A DNA stretch of 64,000 nt from an uncultured delta proteobacterium. Its GTDB lineage: Bacteria > Desulfobacterota > Binatia > Binatales > Binataceae. The DNA lies in assembly GCA_963724765.1 (NCBI GenBank), contig CAVRVY010000001.1, forward strand, positions 256,001 to 320,000, in the 5' to 3' direction. Positions 48,679 to 59,179 of the stretch are shown here, one piece after another (position 1 is the first letter of the stretch; each line of letters starts with the position of its first letter). The translations under genes were made by a program, and so were the position numbers. The notes under the pieces were generated by a model, which saw nothing but the letters and a program-made list of their open reading frames with translations, did not search any database and had not been told where the DNA came from.

Positions 48679-50361
48679 GTGATGTATAGCCCGAAAAGCC
48701 AACGGTCCGCGTTCGCGCTCATGCTCGGAGCACTCATGTGTTTGTCGATCGCGCACACGACCTGGGCACAGGACAAGAAGCCTAACATTCTCGTCATCAT
48801 GGGTGACGACGTCGGCTGGTTTAACATCGGTGCCTATCACCGTGGAATCATGTCAGGCAAGACGCCGAACCTCGACAAACTTGCCGCCCAGGGCATGATG
48901 TTCACCGATTACTATGCCGAGGCCAGCTGCACGGCGGGGCGCGCTAATTTCATCACTGGCGAATTGCCAATTCGCACTGGTTTGACAACCGTGGGCCAGG
49001 CGGGTGCAGACGTAGGATTACCGGATCGAGCCGTTACTCTTGCCACCATTCTCAAAGCGCAAGGTTACGAAACAGGACAGTTCGGCAAAAACCATCTCGG
49101 AGATATGAATAAGTACCTGCCGTGCGTACACGGCTTCGACGAATTCTTCGGCTATTTGTACCACCTCGACGCGATGTCTGACCCGTACTGGTTCGACTAC
49201 CCGCAGAGCTGGATCGACAAGACGGGGCCGCGCGATCTGGTGCACTGCTGGGCAGCGGCCACGGATGACTCCACAGTGATGGCGCGCTGGGGCAAGGTTG
49301 GAAAACAGAAGATCGAGGATGAAGGTCCCTTGGCGCCGTTTCCCAACATGAAAGATATGCAGAACTGGCAGGAAGGTCGCAAGGCCAAGTACGACATGGA
49401 GACCTTCGACGACGTGCTGGTGGAACACAGCAAGGGATTCATGGACAAGGCGAAGAAGGACGGCAAGCCGTTCTTCATCTGGCACAACACCACTCGCATG
49501 CATGTCTTTAGCTATATCCCGCCGAAGTACCAGGCGATGATGAACGCTACCAACAACTACAACATCGAAGAGGCCGGCATGGCGCAGATGGACGACAGTG
49601 TCGGCGCGCTCCTGAAGCATATCGAGGATATCGGCGAGGCCGACAATACTATCGTGATCTTCACCACGGACAACGGCGCGGAAGTCTTTACTTGGCCCGA
49701 TGGAGGAATGACGCCTTTCAGAGCGACCAAGGGCACCGTGTTTGAAGGTGGTTTCCGCGTGCCGGCAATTATCCGCTGGCCGGGCCGCGTCAAGCCCGGA
49801 TCAGTGGAGAATGGCATCTTTTCCGGCCTCGACTGGCTACCCACTCTCTCGGCTGCAGCCGGCAATCCCGACGTCGCCGAGCAGCTCCTTAAGGGAGTGA
49901 ACATCGGCGGTCGCGAATACAAGAATCACCTCGACGGCTATAATCAGATGGACGTGCTGACTGGCAAGGGGCCGTCGAAGCGGCACGAGATCTTCTACTT
50001 CGGTGGGCCGCATCTCGGCGCTCTGCGCATCGATGACTTCAAGTTCCAGTTTTTCCAGCAGCCATACGGATGGCCGGGCGAGAAGGTCACGACCGACATG
50101 CCGACCATCGTGAATCTGCGTCAGGATCCGTTCGAGCGCACACCGGCGGTCCGCGGTGAAAGCACGAACGACATGGGCGGGGGATACCTGAATGACTTTT
50201 ATGCGCGCGAGTTCTGGCGGTTCGTGATGGTGCAGCAGTACGTGGGTAAGCTGGCGATGACGGCCGTCGATTATCCTCCGATGCAGGCGCCGGCGTCCTT
50301 CAACCTCCAAGCGATTAAGGAGAAGATCCAGGAAGTGATAAAGGAGCACGAAGGCCAATAG
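48679..50361 (+). CDS. Arylsulfatase
   Basis: KPNILVIMGDD, SCTAGR, GKNHLG, TDNG. Confidence 0.93.
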   Translation: MMYSPKSQRSAFALMLGALMCLSIAHTTWAQDKKPNILVIMGDDVGWFNIGAYHRGIMSGKTPNLDKLAAQGMMFTDYYAEASCTAGRANFITGELPIRTGLTTVGQAGADVGLPDRAVTLATILKAQGYETGQFGKNHLGDMNKYLPCVHGFDEFFGYLYHLDAMSDPYWFDYPQSWIDKTGPRDLVHCWAAATDDSTVMARWGKVGKQKIEDEGPLAPFPNMKDMQNWQEGRKAKYDMETFDDVLVEHSKGFMDKAKKDGKPFFIWHNTTRMHVFSYIPPKYQAMMNATNNYNIEEAGMAQMDDSVGALLKHIEDIGEADNTIVIFTTDNGAEVFTWPDGGMTPFRATKGTVFEGGFRVPAIIRWPGRVKPGSVENGIFSGLDWLPTLSAAAGNPDVAEQLLKGVNIGGREYKNHLDGYNQMDVLTGKGPSKRHEIFYFGGPHLGALRIDDFKFQFFQQPYGWPGEKVTTDMPTIVNLRQDPFERTPAVRGESTNDMGGGYLNDFYAREFWRFVMVQQYVGKLAMTAVDYPPMQAPASFNLQAIKEKIQEVIKEHEGQ

Positions 50362-50440
50362 TCAGTATGCGACACAACGGGCGGCTCTCCAGGGCCGCCC
50401 GTTGCGGCTTCGTCCGAAAAAGATGTCTCAGAAGGAACAA

Positions 50441-52060
50441 ATGCGTATGAATGTGAATAAAATAATGCTGGTTTTTCTGGTGCTCGCCGCATTGGCTCCG
50501 CCAACCGCCGCTCCAGTGCTGGCGCAGCAGAAAAACCCCAACATCATCTTCATCATGGGTGATGATATAGGATGGTCCAACATCGGTGTCTACAACCAGG
50601 GCATCATGGCCGGACGGACGCCGAACCTCGACAAGCTCGCCACGGAGGGTATGCGATTCACCGACTACTACGCCGAAGCGAGCTGCACCGCGGGACGAGC
50701 GAACTTCATCACCGGCGAACTGCCCATCCGCACCGGCCTGACTACTGTCGGTCAGGCAGGTTCGCCGCTCGGGATGCCGGATGAGGCCCCGACTATCGCG
50801 ACCGTGCTGAAGTCGATGGGGTATGCTACCGGCCAGTTCGGCAAGAACCACCTCGGCGACAGGAATCAGTTCCTACCCACGGTGCACGGGTTTGACGAAT
50901 ACTTCGGCTACCTGTACCACCTCGATGCGATGGAGGACCCGTGCCATCGTAATTATCCGCAGGCGCTGAGGGACAGGGTTGGGCCCCGGAACATGATCCA
51001 CGCGTGGGCGACAGACACGGACGATTCAACCGTGCAGCCGCGCTGGGGAAAGATCGGCAAGCAGAAGATAGAAGACGCCGGTCAGCTTTGTCCCGAGCGG
51101 ATGAAAACGGTCGATGACGAAATTTTAGATAAAGCGCTCAAGTTCACAGACAAGGCGAGAAAAGACGGCAAGCCATTTTTTCTGTGGCTCAACCCGACCC
51201 GGATGCACGTCATTACCCATCTCTCGGACAAGTACGAAAACATGCGCACCGCGGAAAATGGCTGGAGCATCGAGGAAGCGGGGATGGCGCAGCTCGACGA
51301 TATCGTCGGCGCGGTGATGAAGTACGTGAAGGACAACGGCCTGGATGACAACACGATCATCGCCTTCAGCACCGACAATGGCGCAGAGAACTTTACCTGG
51401 CCCGATGGCGGACAGACCCCGTTCGCGGGCGGCAAAGGCACGGCTCTTGAAGGCGGCTTTCGCGTACCCGCGATCATTCGCTGGCCGGGCAAGATACCAG
51501 CGGGCAAAGTCGAGAATGGCATCGTTTCCGGGCTCGACTGGTTTCCGACGTTCGCGGCTGCGGCCGGCTATCAAGGTGATATCGCCGCGGATCTCAGGAA
51601 GGGCAAGGATCTTGGCGGGCGCAATTACAAGGTGCACCTCGACGGCTACAACCAGATGGATATGCTGACCGGCAAGGGCCAGTCGAAGCGCCACGAGATT
51701 TTCTACCTCACCGAAACCACGCTAGGTGCGGTGCGGATCGACGACTACAAATACCGCTTCACCGATCAGCCCAACGGCTGGCTTGGAGCCACCGAAAAAG
51801 TCGATTGGCCGATCCTGGTGAATTTACGTCTGGACCCTTATGAGCGAACCGGAATGTACAACGGCAAGGATAATGGATCGATAGCCTACTACAACTGGTT
51901 TGCGTTCGAGTTCTGGCGCTTCGTGTTCGTGCAGCAGGAGGTGGCTCAAGCGGCACAAACCCTGCTCGAGTTTCCGCCGATGCAAAAGGGCGCAAGCTTC
52001 AATATGGCGGCGATTAAGGAACAGCTTCAGAAGGCGGCCGCGTCGCATACCGGCGAATAG
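50441..52060 (+). CDS. Arylsulfatase (paralog of the preceding gene)
   Basis: PNIIFIMGDD, SCTAGR, GKNHLG, TDNG. Confidence 0.93.
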   Translation: MRMNVNKIMLVFLVLAALAPPTAAPVLAQQKNPNIIFIMGDDIGWSNIGVYNQGIMAGRTPNLDKLATEGMRFTDYYAEASCTAGRANFITGELPIRTGLTTVGQAGSPLGMPDEAPTIATVLKSMGYATGQFGKNHLGDRNQFLPTVHGFDEYFGYLYHLDAMEDPCHRNYPQALRDRVGPRNMIHAWATDTDDSTVQPRWGKIGKQKIEDAGQLCPERMKTVDDEILDKALKFTDKARKDGKPFFLWLNPTRMHVITHLSDKYENMRTAENGWSIEEAGMAQLDDIVGAVMKYVKDNGLDDNTIIAFSTDNGAENFTWPDGGQTPFAGGKGTALEGGFRVPAIIRWPGKIPAGKVENGIVSGLDWFPTFAAAAGYQGDIAADLRKGKDLGGRNYKVHLDGYNQMDMLTGKGQSKRHEIFYLTETTLGAVRIDDYKYRFTDQPNGWLGATEKVDWPILVNLRLDPYERTGMYNGKDNGSIAYYNWFAFEFWRFVFVQQEVAQAAQTLLEFPPMQKGASFNMAAIKEQLQKAAASHTGE

Positions 52061-52107
52061 GCAGATGGATTTGTCAAAGAGACGCCGAAGTCACTGAGGG
52101 AGGGAAT

Positions 52108-52965
52108 TTGACGAAAACGACGGCATCCGAAAGGAGAATTCCGTCAGATGAAGCGCGCGGCCCCGAATTCATCCGGGGCCGCGCACGGAAATGGTGGGAG
52201 CGACCGAAGCGAAAGTTGGTAACCGTAACGCTCGGCGCCCTGATGCTGGGCGCAGGACTCGCACGCGCCGACAATGTTGGGTTGCCGCTGCCGCCAGATG
52301 ATCGGCAAATAATCACCGCCAAGCTTGGTCCCATAGTAGGCAAAGGATTGCCCAGTAAGCCTATCGAGGACGTTTCCGTCTACTTCCCCCTTCAGGAAAA
52401 GGCGGCACATTACCGAGTCACGGCTGGCCCCAACGCCGGAAACACGCAAGAGCTTGGCCTCGCGAAGGTCAGACGCCCAGGCGGAAGGTCGGCCTGGCGG
52501 TTTCAGTTCTCGCCCTCGCTTGCGGGGTTCATCCATCTGACACCACAGGGCGATCTCATGGTGCCCGCCGTGACCGACACGAGTGAGGGCGTGGTGGTCA
52601 TTACAACGCCCGCCAACCCATTCGTACTCAAAGGCATGAAGCCTGGCGAGACGCGGTCTTATTCGCAACAGGTCTCGGTGATCGAACTCGACGATCCAGC
52701 GGACCAGGAATATTCGGGATCATTGAACGGCACCTATACTTACGTGGGCACTTACCAGGTGACAGTACCGGCCGGCACCTTCGAGGCGGTGCTGCTCCGT
52801 CTCAGGTGCAAGGGCAAGGTTGGTCCGGCTCAGACGCACGACACTGCATATTACTTCTTTGCGCCAGGCAAGGGGGTGGTCGCCATGATTAGCCAGGAGG
52901 ATGCGACAGCGTTCTGGATCATTCATATCGACACCACAGCCGGGAAGGTGCTCATCAAGAATTGA
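52108..52965 (+). CDS. Exported hypothetical protein
   Basis: Signal-like segment; VTVPAGTFEA...YFFAPGKGVV beta-rich motif. Confidence 0.7.
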   Translation: MTKTTASERRIPSDEARGPEFIRGRARKWWERPKRKLVTVTLGALMLGAGLARADNVGLPLPPDDRQIITAKLGPIVGKGLPSKPIEDVSVYFPLQEKAAHYRVTAGPNAGNTQELGLAKVRRPGGRSAWRFQFSPSLAGFIHLTPQGDLMVPAVTDTSEGVVVITTPANPFVLKGMKPGETRSYSQQVSVIELDDPADQEYSGSLNGTYTYVGTYQVTVPAGTFEAVLLRLRCKGKVGPAQTHDTAYYFFAPGKGVVAMISQEDATAFWIIHIDTTAGKVLIKN

Positions 52966-53023
52966 AGCGGCGTTGTAATACATACGAACTGGTGACACGG
53001 GCGCTGATGAGGCTGGGTGCTAA

Positions 53024-53896
53024 ATGACGATCCGACACCCTAGTACACTTTGGTTAATCGCTTTCGCGCTTCTCGTGATGGTGAGCAGGGCGCGCGGTCA
53101 AAGTCTCACGGCCGGCCCAGCGAACGGTGAATCCGAGGAAGATCTGTTGGCGCGCGAAGTCGACGACCCGACTGCGATTCTCACCCAGCTTAAACTTCAG
53201 GATCTATATACTCCGAAGAATTTCCAGACCACTGCGCAGACCAACACGGTGCAGCTGCGGCCGGTTCTACCGATTGAGTCGTTCTCGCTCTTTCCCTTCA
53301 AGCAAATCGTCCGGCCGACCTTCGAAGTACAGACTCTGGCCACTTCGCGAGGCAGTTCAACCATCACTGAATTCGCCGACATGCAGCTTTTCGATTTGTT
53401 CCTCTCCAACTGGCCCAACCCTAAAGTGACCGGATTCGGCTGGGGCATCGGACCGACTTTCGTGTTCCCCACGGGAAGAGACCCCAAAGCGGGTGATCAC
53501 GCCTGGGAGGTTGGACCCGCAGCCGCCGCCGCTTACCGGGGTATTCCACGCTTGATGGTGGGTTTTCTGTTTCAGAACCCCATCTCGTTCGCGTACACGA
53601 ATTCCTCAGCCACCCCTCAAACCGAGTTGGAATTTCAGCCGCTCATATCCTACACGCTCGGCCGCGGCTGGTACGTGAAATCCGCGGATTCCACGTGGAC
53701 CGTCAAGTGGCGGCACGGCAGTTCCACCACGATTCCCGTCAGCTTTGGCTTGGGGCGGGTATGGAAGTGCGAGGGGCCTGAGCTCAATACCTGGGTGTCC
53801 GGCGAATGGTCGGCCTACCGGCAGTATACAAATATCACCCCGATGTACACCGTACGGTTCGGCGCGACCCTTTTATTACCGCATCTTCAGTTCTAA
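53024..53896 (+). CDS. Putative outer-membrane beta-barrel (neuromedin-U-like/transporter family)
   Basis: Signal peptide; WGIGPTFVFPT, FQPLISY, IPVSFGLGRV; C-terminal Phe. Confidence 0.7.
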   Translation: MTIRHPSTLWLIAFALLVMVSRARGQSLTAGPANGESEEDLLAREVDDPTAILTQLKLQDLYTPKNFQTTAQTNTVQLRPVLPIESFSLFPFKQIVRPTFEVQTLATSRGSSTITEFADMQLFDLFLSNWPNPKVTGFGWGIGPTFVFPTGRDPKAGDHAWEVGPAAAAAYRGIPRLMVGFLFQNPISFAYTNSSATPQTELEFQPLISYTLGRGWYVKSADSTWTVKWRHGSSTTIPVSFGLGRVWKCEGPELNTWVSGEWSAYRQYTNITPMYTVRFGATLLLPHLQF

Positions 53897-53911
53897 GCGG
53901 CGATTAGCCTC

Positions 53912-54586
53912 GTGTACAACGAACCGATCGCCGACCCCGCGCTCATCGCCTGTCTGCATTGCGACCTGCTGCAGCGGCTGCCGGAGCTGGCGCCGGGCGC
54001 GTCGGCGCGCTGTCCGCGCTGCGACAAGGAGCTGTGGCGGCGACGCGAGGACTCGCTCAATCGGACGCTCGCGCTTGCGCTGGGAGCGGCGCTGCTCTAC
54101 GCGGTCGCAAACTCAGTACCGATGCTGGGTCTCACGATCGTCGGGCGCGCGGCTTCGACCACCGTCATCGGAGGCGCCGAGCATCTCTGGAGCAATGGAC
54201 AGCAGCTGGTGGCGGCGCTAGTGCTGCTGACAGCGGTCATCGCGCCGGCCCTGCAGATTGGCTTCATGTTGGCAATCGTGCTGGGCGCCCATCGCCAACG
54301 CCCGCCGCGATGGGTAGGCACGCTGCTGCGCCATCACCCGGCCACCCGGACCTGGAGCATGATCGAGGTCATGATGCTGGGCGTGCTGGTCGCCCTGGTC
54401 AAGATTGCGGATTACGCGACGGTGATTCCGGGAATCGCTCTGTTCGTGCTCTGGGTGCTGGTTTTCCTGCTCGCCGGGATGCAGGCGAGTTTCGATTCCC
54501 GTGAGGTGTGGGAAAGGATCCAGTGGGCGGAGGACGGGGCGCGCCGCCGCGCCGTGGGCGGGCGAAGGGCCGAGGCGACGTCATGA
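53912..54586 (+). CDS. pqiA: Paraquat-inducible protein A, N-terminal half
   Basis: CLHCD...CPRC, WSMIEVMMLGVLVALVK. Confidence 0.9.
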   Translation: MYNEPIADPALIACLHCDLLQRLPELAPGASARCPRCDKELWRRREDSLNRTLALALGAALLYAVANSVPMLGLTIVGRAASTTVIGGAEHLWSNGQQLVAALVLLTAVIAPALQIGFMLAIVLGAHRQRPPRWVGTLLRHHPATRTWSMIEVMMLGVLVALVKIADYATVIPGIALFVLWVLVFLLAGMQASFDSREVWERIQWAEDGARRRAVGGRRAEATS

Positions 54587-55224
54587 GTCCGGCCGCTCCG
54601 ACCGCCATGCAACAAGGCCTACAGAGCTGCGAGACTTGCGGCCTGCTGTCACGCCCCGCGCCCGGCGAGCAGGAGGGGCGCTGCCCGCGTTGCGACGAGG
54701 ATCTCAGCTTTCGCAAAACGGCCAGCTTTCAGCGCACGTGGGCCTTCCTGATCGCCGCCGCGGTCTGTTACATCCCGGCCAACGTCCTGCCGGTGTTGAC
54801 CACGACCACGGCCGCCGGCGCCGAGTCCGACACTATCATGCAGGGCGTGGTGTTGCTGTGGTCGCCGACGGGATGGCCGCTGTCGCTGATCGTGCTCATT
54901 GCGAGCATCATGATCCCGAGCGCGAAGATTCTGGCGCTGGCATACCTGCTGATCACCTCACAGCGCGGGTCGATCAAGAACAACGAGCAGCGGGTTCGCC
55001 TCTACCGGATGGTCGAGTTCATCGGGCGCTGGTCGATGGTTGACGTGTTTGTCGACACCTTTACCGCCGCGCTGATCCAACTCCAGCCGCTGATGTCGGT
55101 CGAGCCGGGGCCCGGCCTTTTCTTCTTCGCCGCGGTGGTGGTGCTGACGATGCTCGCGGTCGAGTCCTTCGATCCGCGGCTGATCTGGGATGCAACAAGT
55201 TCCAAAGAGGTTCTATATGCCTGA
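54583..55224 (+). CDS. pqiA: Paraquat-inducible protein A, C-terminal half
   Basis: CETC...CPRC, YIPANVLP, GRWSMVDVFV, FDPRLIWD. Confidence 0.9.
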   Translation: MSPAAPTAMQQGLQSCETCGLLSRPAPGEQEGRCPRCDEDLSFRKTASFQRTWAFLIAAAVCYIPANVLPVLTTTTAAGAESDTIMQGVVLLWSPTGWPLSLIVLIASIMIPSAKILALAYLLITSQRGSIKNNEQRVRLYRMVEFIGRWSMVDVFVDTFTAALIQLQPLMSVEPGPGLFFFAAVVVLTMLAVESFDPRLIWDATSSKEVLYA

Positions 55225-56806
55225 TCGCGATCCACCGATTCCTTCAGTTCCTGACTCGAAGGCCGTGCCCAGGAAGAGCACCCGGCTCTCCCTGGTCTGG
55301 TTCATCCCCATTCTTGCGGCGGCGCTTGGGATATGGGTGGGCGTGACCCGGATTCGCAGCGAAGGCCCGAAGATCACGATCGTGTTTCAGTCGGCCGAGG
55401 GGCTCGAGGCCGGCAAAACCAAGATCAACTACAGGGGCGTCGATATTGGCGTTCTGAGCACGATCCGGCTGTCGGAGGATCATCAGCGCGTGATAGCCAC
55501 CGCGCAGATGACGCCGCGGACCGAGGATTTTTTGCTCGAAGACACGAAGTTCTGGGTGGTGCGGCCGCGAATCTCGGGCGCCAACGTGACGGGGCTGGGC
55601 ACGCTCATCTCCGGGGCTTTCATCGGAATTGAAATCGGCAGTTCGAAGGAGCCGAAACGCGACTTCGTGGCGCTCGAGACGCCGCCGGTAATAACCGGCA
55701 ACGCGCCCGGACGGTTCTTCGTGTTGAAGACCTCCGACCTGGGTTCGCTGGACACCGGCACGCCGCTGTTTTTCCGGCGGCTGCAGGTCGGCCAGGTTGC
55801 GTCATACGTCCTGGACAAGGACGGCAAGTTCTTCACGCTGAAAGTTTTCGTGCGATCGCCCTACGACCAGTACGTAACCGCGAACACTCGTTTCTGGCAG
55901 GCGAGCGGAATCGACGTGTCGCTTTCCGCCAACGGCCTTAGCGTGCAGACCCAGTCACTGTTGTCGATCCTTATCGGCGGCATCGCGTTCGAAACGCCTG
56001 CCACCGGTGCGGTCCTGCCTGTAGCCGAAGCGAACACTCTATTCCCCCTGTTCGGTGATAGGGCGCAGGCCTTCAGGCCAGCCGCGCGTAGCCCTCAGAC
56101 TTATAGGCTCATCTTCAAGGACTCGGTCCGCGGGCTCGCGCCCGGCGCGCCGGTCGAGTTCCGCGGCATCCCAATCGGCGAGGTCGCGGACATTCGGGCG
56201 CAAATCGACCTGAAGACTTTCCAGTTCTCGGTGCCGGTGACTATCCGCCTCGATCCGCAGAGGCTTGGGGTCAAGGTCATCGAGGGCGCTTCCGGCGCGG
56301 ATCTCGAGCGGATGCGCAGGCGGCTTATCGATGCCCTGGTGGCCCACGGGGCCCGTGCGCAATTGCGAACCGGGAACTTGCTGACCGGCTCCGCGTTCAT
56401 AGCGATCGACTTTTTTCCGGGTGCGCCGCCGACGACGGTGGACTGGTCGCAGTCGCCGCCGGAGGTGCCGACCATTCCCGGGCAGCTTCAGGTGATGGAG
56501 ACCAAGGTCACGGACATCATCAACAAGCTCGATAAGATGCCGCTCCAGGAGATCGGCGACGATCTGCATACGGTCCTGGGCAACCTCGATCTCACGCTCA
56601 CCAGCGCGCGTGGCACGCTGGTGAGCGCACGGGGCACGCTCACCAACGCCGGCAACCTTACCGAGTCGAATTCGCCGCAGCTCCAGCAGCTCGGCAGCAC
56701 GTTGCAGGAGGTGAGCCGCGCAGCTCGCGCGTTGCGCGTGCTCGCAGACTATCTCGAGCGTCATCCCGAGGCGCTCCTGCGCGGCAAACAGGGGGAGGCG
56801 AAGTGA
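55217..56806 (+). CDS. pqiB: PqiB multi-MCE (MlaD) domain protein
   Basis: AEGLEAGKT, SVRGLAPGAPVEFRGI, LADYLERHPEALLRGK. Confidence 0.92.
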   Translation: MPDRDPPIPSVPDSKAVPRKSTRLSLVWFIPILAAALGIWVGVTRIRSEGPKITIVFQSAEGLEAGKTKINYRGVDIGVLSTIRLSEDHQRVIATAQMTPRTEDFLLEDTKFWVVRPRISGANVTGLGTLISGAFIGIEIGSSKEPKRDFVALETPPVITGNAPGRFFVLKTSDLGSLDTGTPLFFRRLQVGQVASYVLDKDGKFFTLKVFVRSPYDQYVTANTRFWQASGIDVSLSANGLSVQTQSLLSILIGGIAFETPATGAVLPVAEANTLFPLFGDRAQAFRPAARSPQTYRLIFKDSVRGLAPGAPVEFRGIPIGEVADIRAQIDLKTFQFSVPVTIRLDPQRLGVKVIEGASGADLERMRRRLIDALVAHGARAQLRTGNLLTGSAFIAIDFFPGAPPTTVDWSQSPPEVPTIPGQLQVMETKVTDIINKLDKMPLQEIGDDLHTVLGNLDLTLTSARGTLVSARGTLTNAGNLTESNSPQLQQLGSTLQEVSRAARALRVLADYLERHPEALLRGKQGEAK

Positions 56807-57402
56807 TTACACCGCGCATTGCGCATCTGATGGTCTCGCTCGCGTTGGTCGTGGCGGCAGCATCCGGATGCGGCACAACGGCGCCGGCGCGATTCTACAC
56901 GCTTGACGTTACCGCGGTCGCCGACGGCGCGGCGCCCGTGCGCGACGCGATCATGGTCGGCCCGGTCTCGGTTCCGGCCGCGGTCGATCGGTCGGAATTC
57001 GTGGTCCAGACCGCGCCCAACCGCGTCGATGTCGACGAGTTCAACCGCTGGGCCGCCCCGCTCGGCGACGCTATCGCCCAGGTCGTCGCCGGCGACCTGG
57101 TCAAGCTGCTGGGCACCCCAAACGTGGCCGCGGCGCCGCTGGCGGACTTCGACGCGGCCTATCGCGTCACTATCGACGTGCAGCGCTTCGATTCGGTTCC
57201 CGGCCAGACGGCGCTACTCGACGCGTTGTGGACCGTGCGCAGGACCACAGGCGGAGAGACGCGCTCGGGCCGTACGACTGCCTCTGAGGCCGTACAGGGG
57301 AACAGCTTCGACGCGCTGGCCGCCGCCCATAGCCGCGCGTTGGCGAGATTGAGTGGTGATATCGCCGGAGCGATCCGGGCGGAAGCCGAGGATCGGCCGT
57401 AG
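56803..57402 (+). CDS. pqiC: PqiC lipoprotein
   Basis: Lipobox ASGC; RFYTL, VGPVSVP, NRWAAPL. Confidence 0.88.
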   Translation: MITPRIAHLMVSLALVVAAASGCGTTAPARFYTLDVTAVADGAAPVRDAIMVGPVSVPAAVDRSEFVVQTAPNRVDVDEFNRWAAPLGDAIAQVVAGDLVKLLGTPNVAAAPLADFDAAYRVTIDVQRFDSVPGQTALLDALWTVRRTTGGETRSGRTTASEAVQGNSFDALAAAHSRALARLSGDIAGAIRAEAEDRP

Positions 57403-57440
57403 CCGGCGGATTACCCGGCGATCGGCCAGAGGACAGCGTT

Positions 57441-58229
57441 TTGCAAAAATTGCGGGAAGCTCTTCGCCGTCATCTAGCGCCGCGCAGGCACAGCGTCCTG
57501 CTCGTGGCGCTCGTGGCGGCATTCGCCGTGCGTCCATTGATTGGCGACATCGGGGCCGGCTCCGCCATATTCAGTATAGCCTTGGTGTTCTTGCTACTCG
57601 TGGCTCTCTACAACATCAACGTCGATGAGTTGATGGGCGAAAGAGGACGGCTGCTGGTCCAGAGCAGGAGGCGGCGGATCCTGGGATGGGCTCTCGCCAC
57701 GGTCGCCGCATCGGAACGAGTGCTCATCATCTTCGTGCCGAGCTCCGAGCTCGATTTGGCGGGTTCGATTTCTTGGCTGTTGTTTGTCTTGTTTGTCACC
57801 TTGAGCGAGTTACGTAGCGTGCTGAAGCAAAGAGAGATCACCGGCGAAACCATCTGCATGGCGGTATCGGTCTACCTCTTGCTCGGCTTCAGTTGGGCGT
57901 TCCTTTACAGCATCATCTTCCAATTGCATCCAGAATCCTTTGCGGGCATCGTGTCCGCCAAGCCCGGCCATCCAAACGAGATTCTGCACATCTTTCCGGT
58001 TCTCGGCTACTTCAGCCTGACCACGCTCTCGACCATCGGCTTCGGCGATATCACTCCGGTAAGTCTGCAAGCTCGTTATGCGGCGGTTGCGGAAGGTATT
58101 ACGGGTCAGTTCTACCTGGCGATCCTGGTCGCGCGATTAGTGGGGATGCAGATGAGCCAGGCGGTTGCCGGTCCGCATCGAGAAATTCAAACTATCAAAT
58201 CCGACGAACAATCGGTAAAAAAGGATTGA
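57441..58229 (+). CDS. Potassium channel family (two-TM pore) protein
   Basis: YFSLTTLSTIGFGDITP selectivity filter. Confidence 0.88.
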   Translation: MQKLREALRRHLAPRRHSVLLVALVAAFAVRPLIGDIGAGSAIFSIALVFLLLVALYNINVDELMGERGRLLVQSRRRRILGWALATVAASERVLIIFVPSSELDLAGSISWLLFVLFVTLSELRSVLKQREITGETICMAVSVYLLLGFSWAFLYSIIFQLHPESFAGIVSAKPGHPNEILHIFPVLGYFSLTTLSTIGFGDITPVSLQARYAAVAEGITGQFYLAILVARLVGMQMSQAVAGPHREIQTIKSDEQSVKKD

Positions 58230-58314
58230 CTATTTCGGGTACCCGCTCCGAGGGCTGACTAATGACCTGCAAACCATTACGCAAAGCCGGGGCGCTCTTT
58301 TTGCGCTAGGGGTC

Positions 58315-59139
58315 ATGCTATCGATCATGGGCCCGGCGGCACATCTCGCTCAGGCTCAAACACCCGAGGTCGTGGCCGAAGAAAAACTCATCAAAGATTT
58401 CACCGATCCTCTCACAACGCTGCCTCAGATTTCTCTAAAGGACGTGTTCACGCCGGCGAATTTCGGCACTCACGTTCAGACCAATCAGGTCATTCTGAGA
58501 CCGATCATTCCCCGGCTACCGCGATTCTCACTGTTCCCTCTCGTCCAGCTGATCCGTCCGACCTTTTCGCTGGTTACGGTTCCAAGCGCCAGGGGTGGCA
58601 CCCGCACCGAATTCGGCGATATGCAATTGTTCGATTTGGCAGTATTACCCTGGCCGAGCGAAAAAGCAGATTTGAAGATCGGACTAGGCCCAATGTTTGT
58701 GTTTCCGACCGCGAGTTCCGGGAGTGCCGGCCAGGGCGCATGGCAGGCCGGCCCGGCGATAGGAGCGGTTTACACAGGCATTCCATGGCTCGTGATGGGG
58801 TTCCTGTTCCAGAACCCAATTTCGTTCGCTTACACCTCGCCCAAGCGACCACCTCAGAACACACTGGAATTTCAGCCGGTTCTGGCGCTGCATTTGTGGG
58901 AAGGCTGGTACTTGCGATCCGCCGAGGCGACCTGGTCTTACGGCTGGCGTCATCATTCGCCGACCATTTTGCCGCTGAGTCTGGGAATCGGAGATGTGAT
59001 AGTTCGTCCGGGTTTGCCGCCGCTCAACTTTTATGTGACCGGGCAATGGACGGTGTATCGGCAATTTGCGCCGATCGCGCCGCAGACCGGCGTCAACTTC
59101 GGCTTGATTGTAGCGTTTCCGGAATTCAGAAAATGGTGA
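58315..59139 (+). CDS. Putative outer-membrane beta-barrel, paralog of 53024-53896
   Basis: Shared DP...L.Q, GP.FVFPT, FLFQNPISFAYT and LEFQP motifs. Confidence 0.7.
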   Translation: MLSIMGPAAHLAQAQTPEVVAEEKLIKDFTDPLTTLPQISLKDVFTPANFGTHVQTNQVILRPIIPRLPRFSLFPLVQLIRPTFSLVTVPSARGGTRTEFGDMQLFDLAVLPWPSEKADLKIGLGPMFVFPTASSGSAGQGAWQAGPAIGAVYTGIPWLVMGFLFQNPISFAYTSPKRPPQNTLEFQPVLALHLWEGWYLRSAEATWSYGWRHHSPTILPLSLGIGDVIVRPGLPPLNFYVTGQWTVYRQFAPIAPQTGVNFGLIVAFPEFRKW

Positions 59140-59179
59140 ATCTCGCGAGGATAGTCAGCGAGCGCGTCCGGGGACGGCC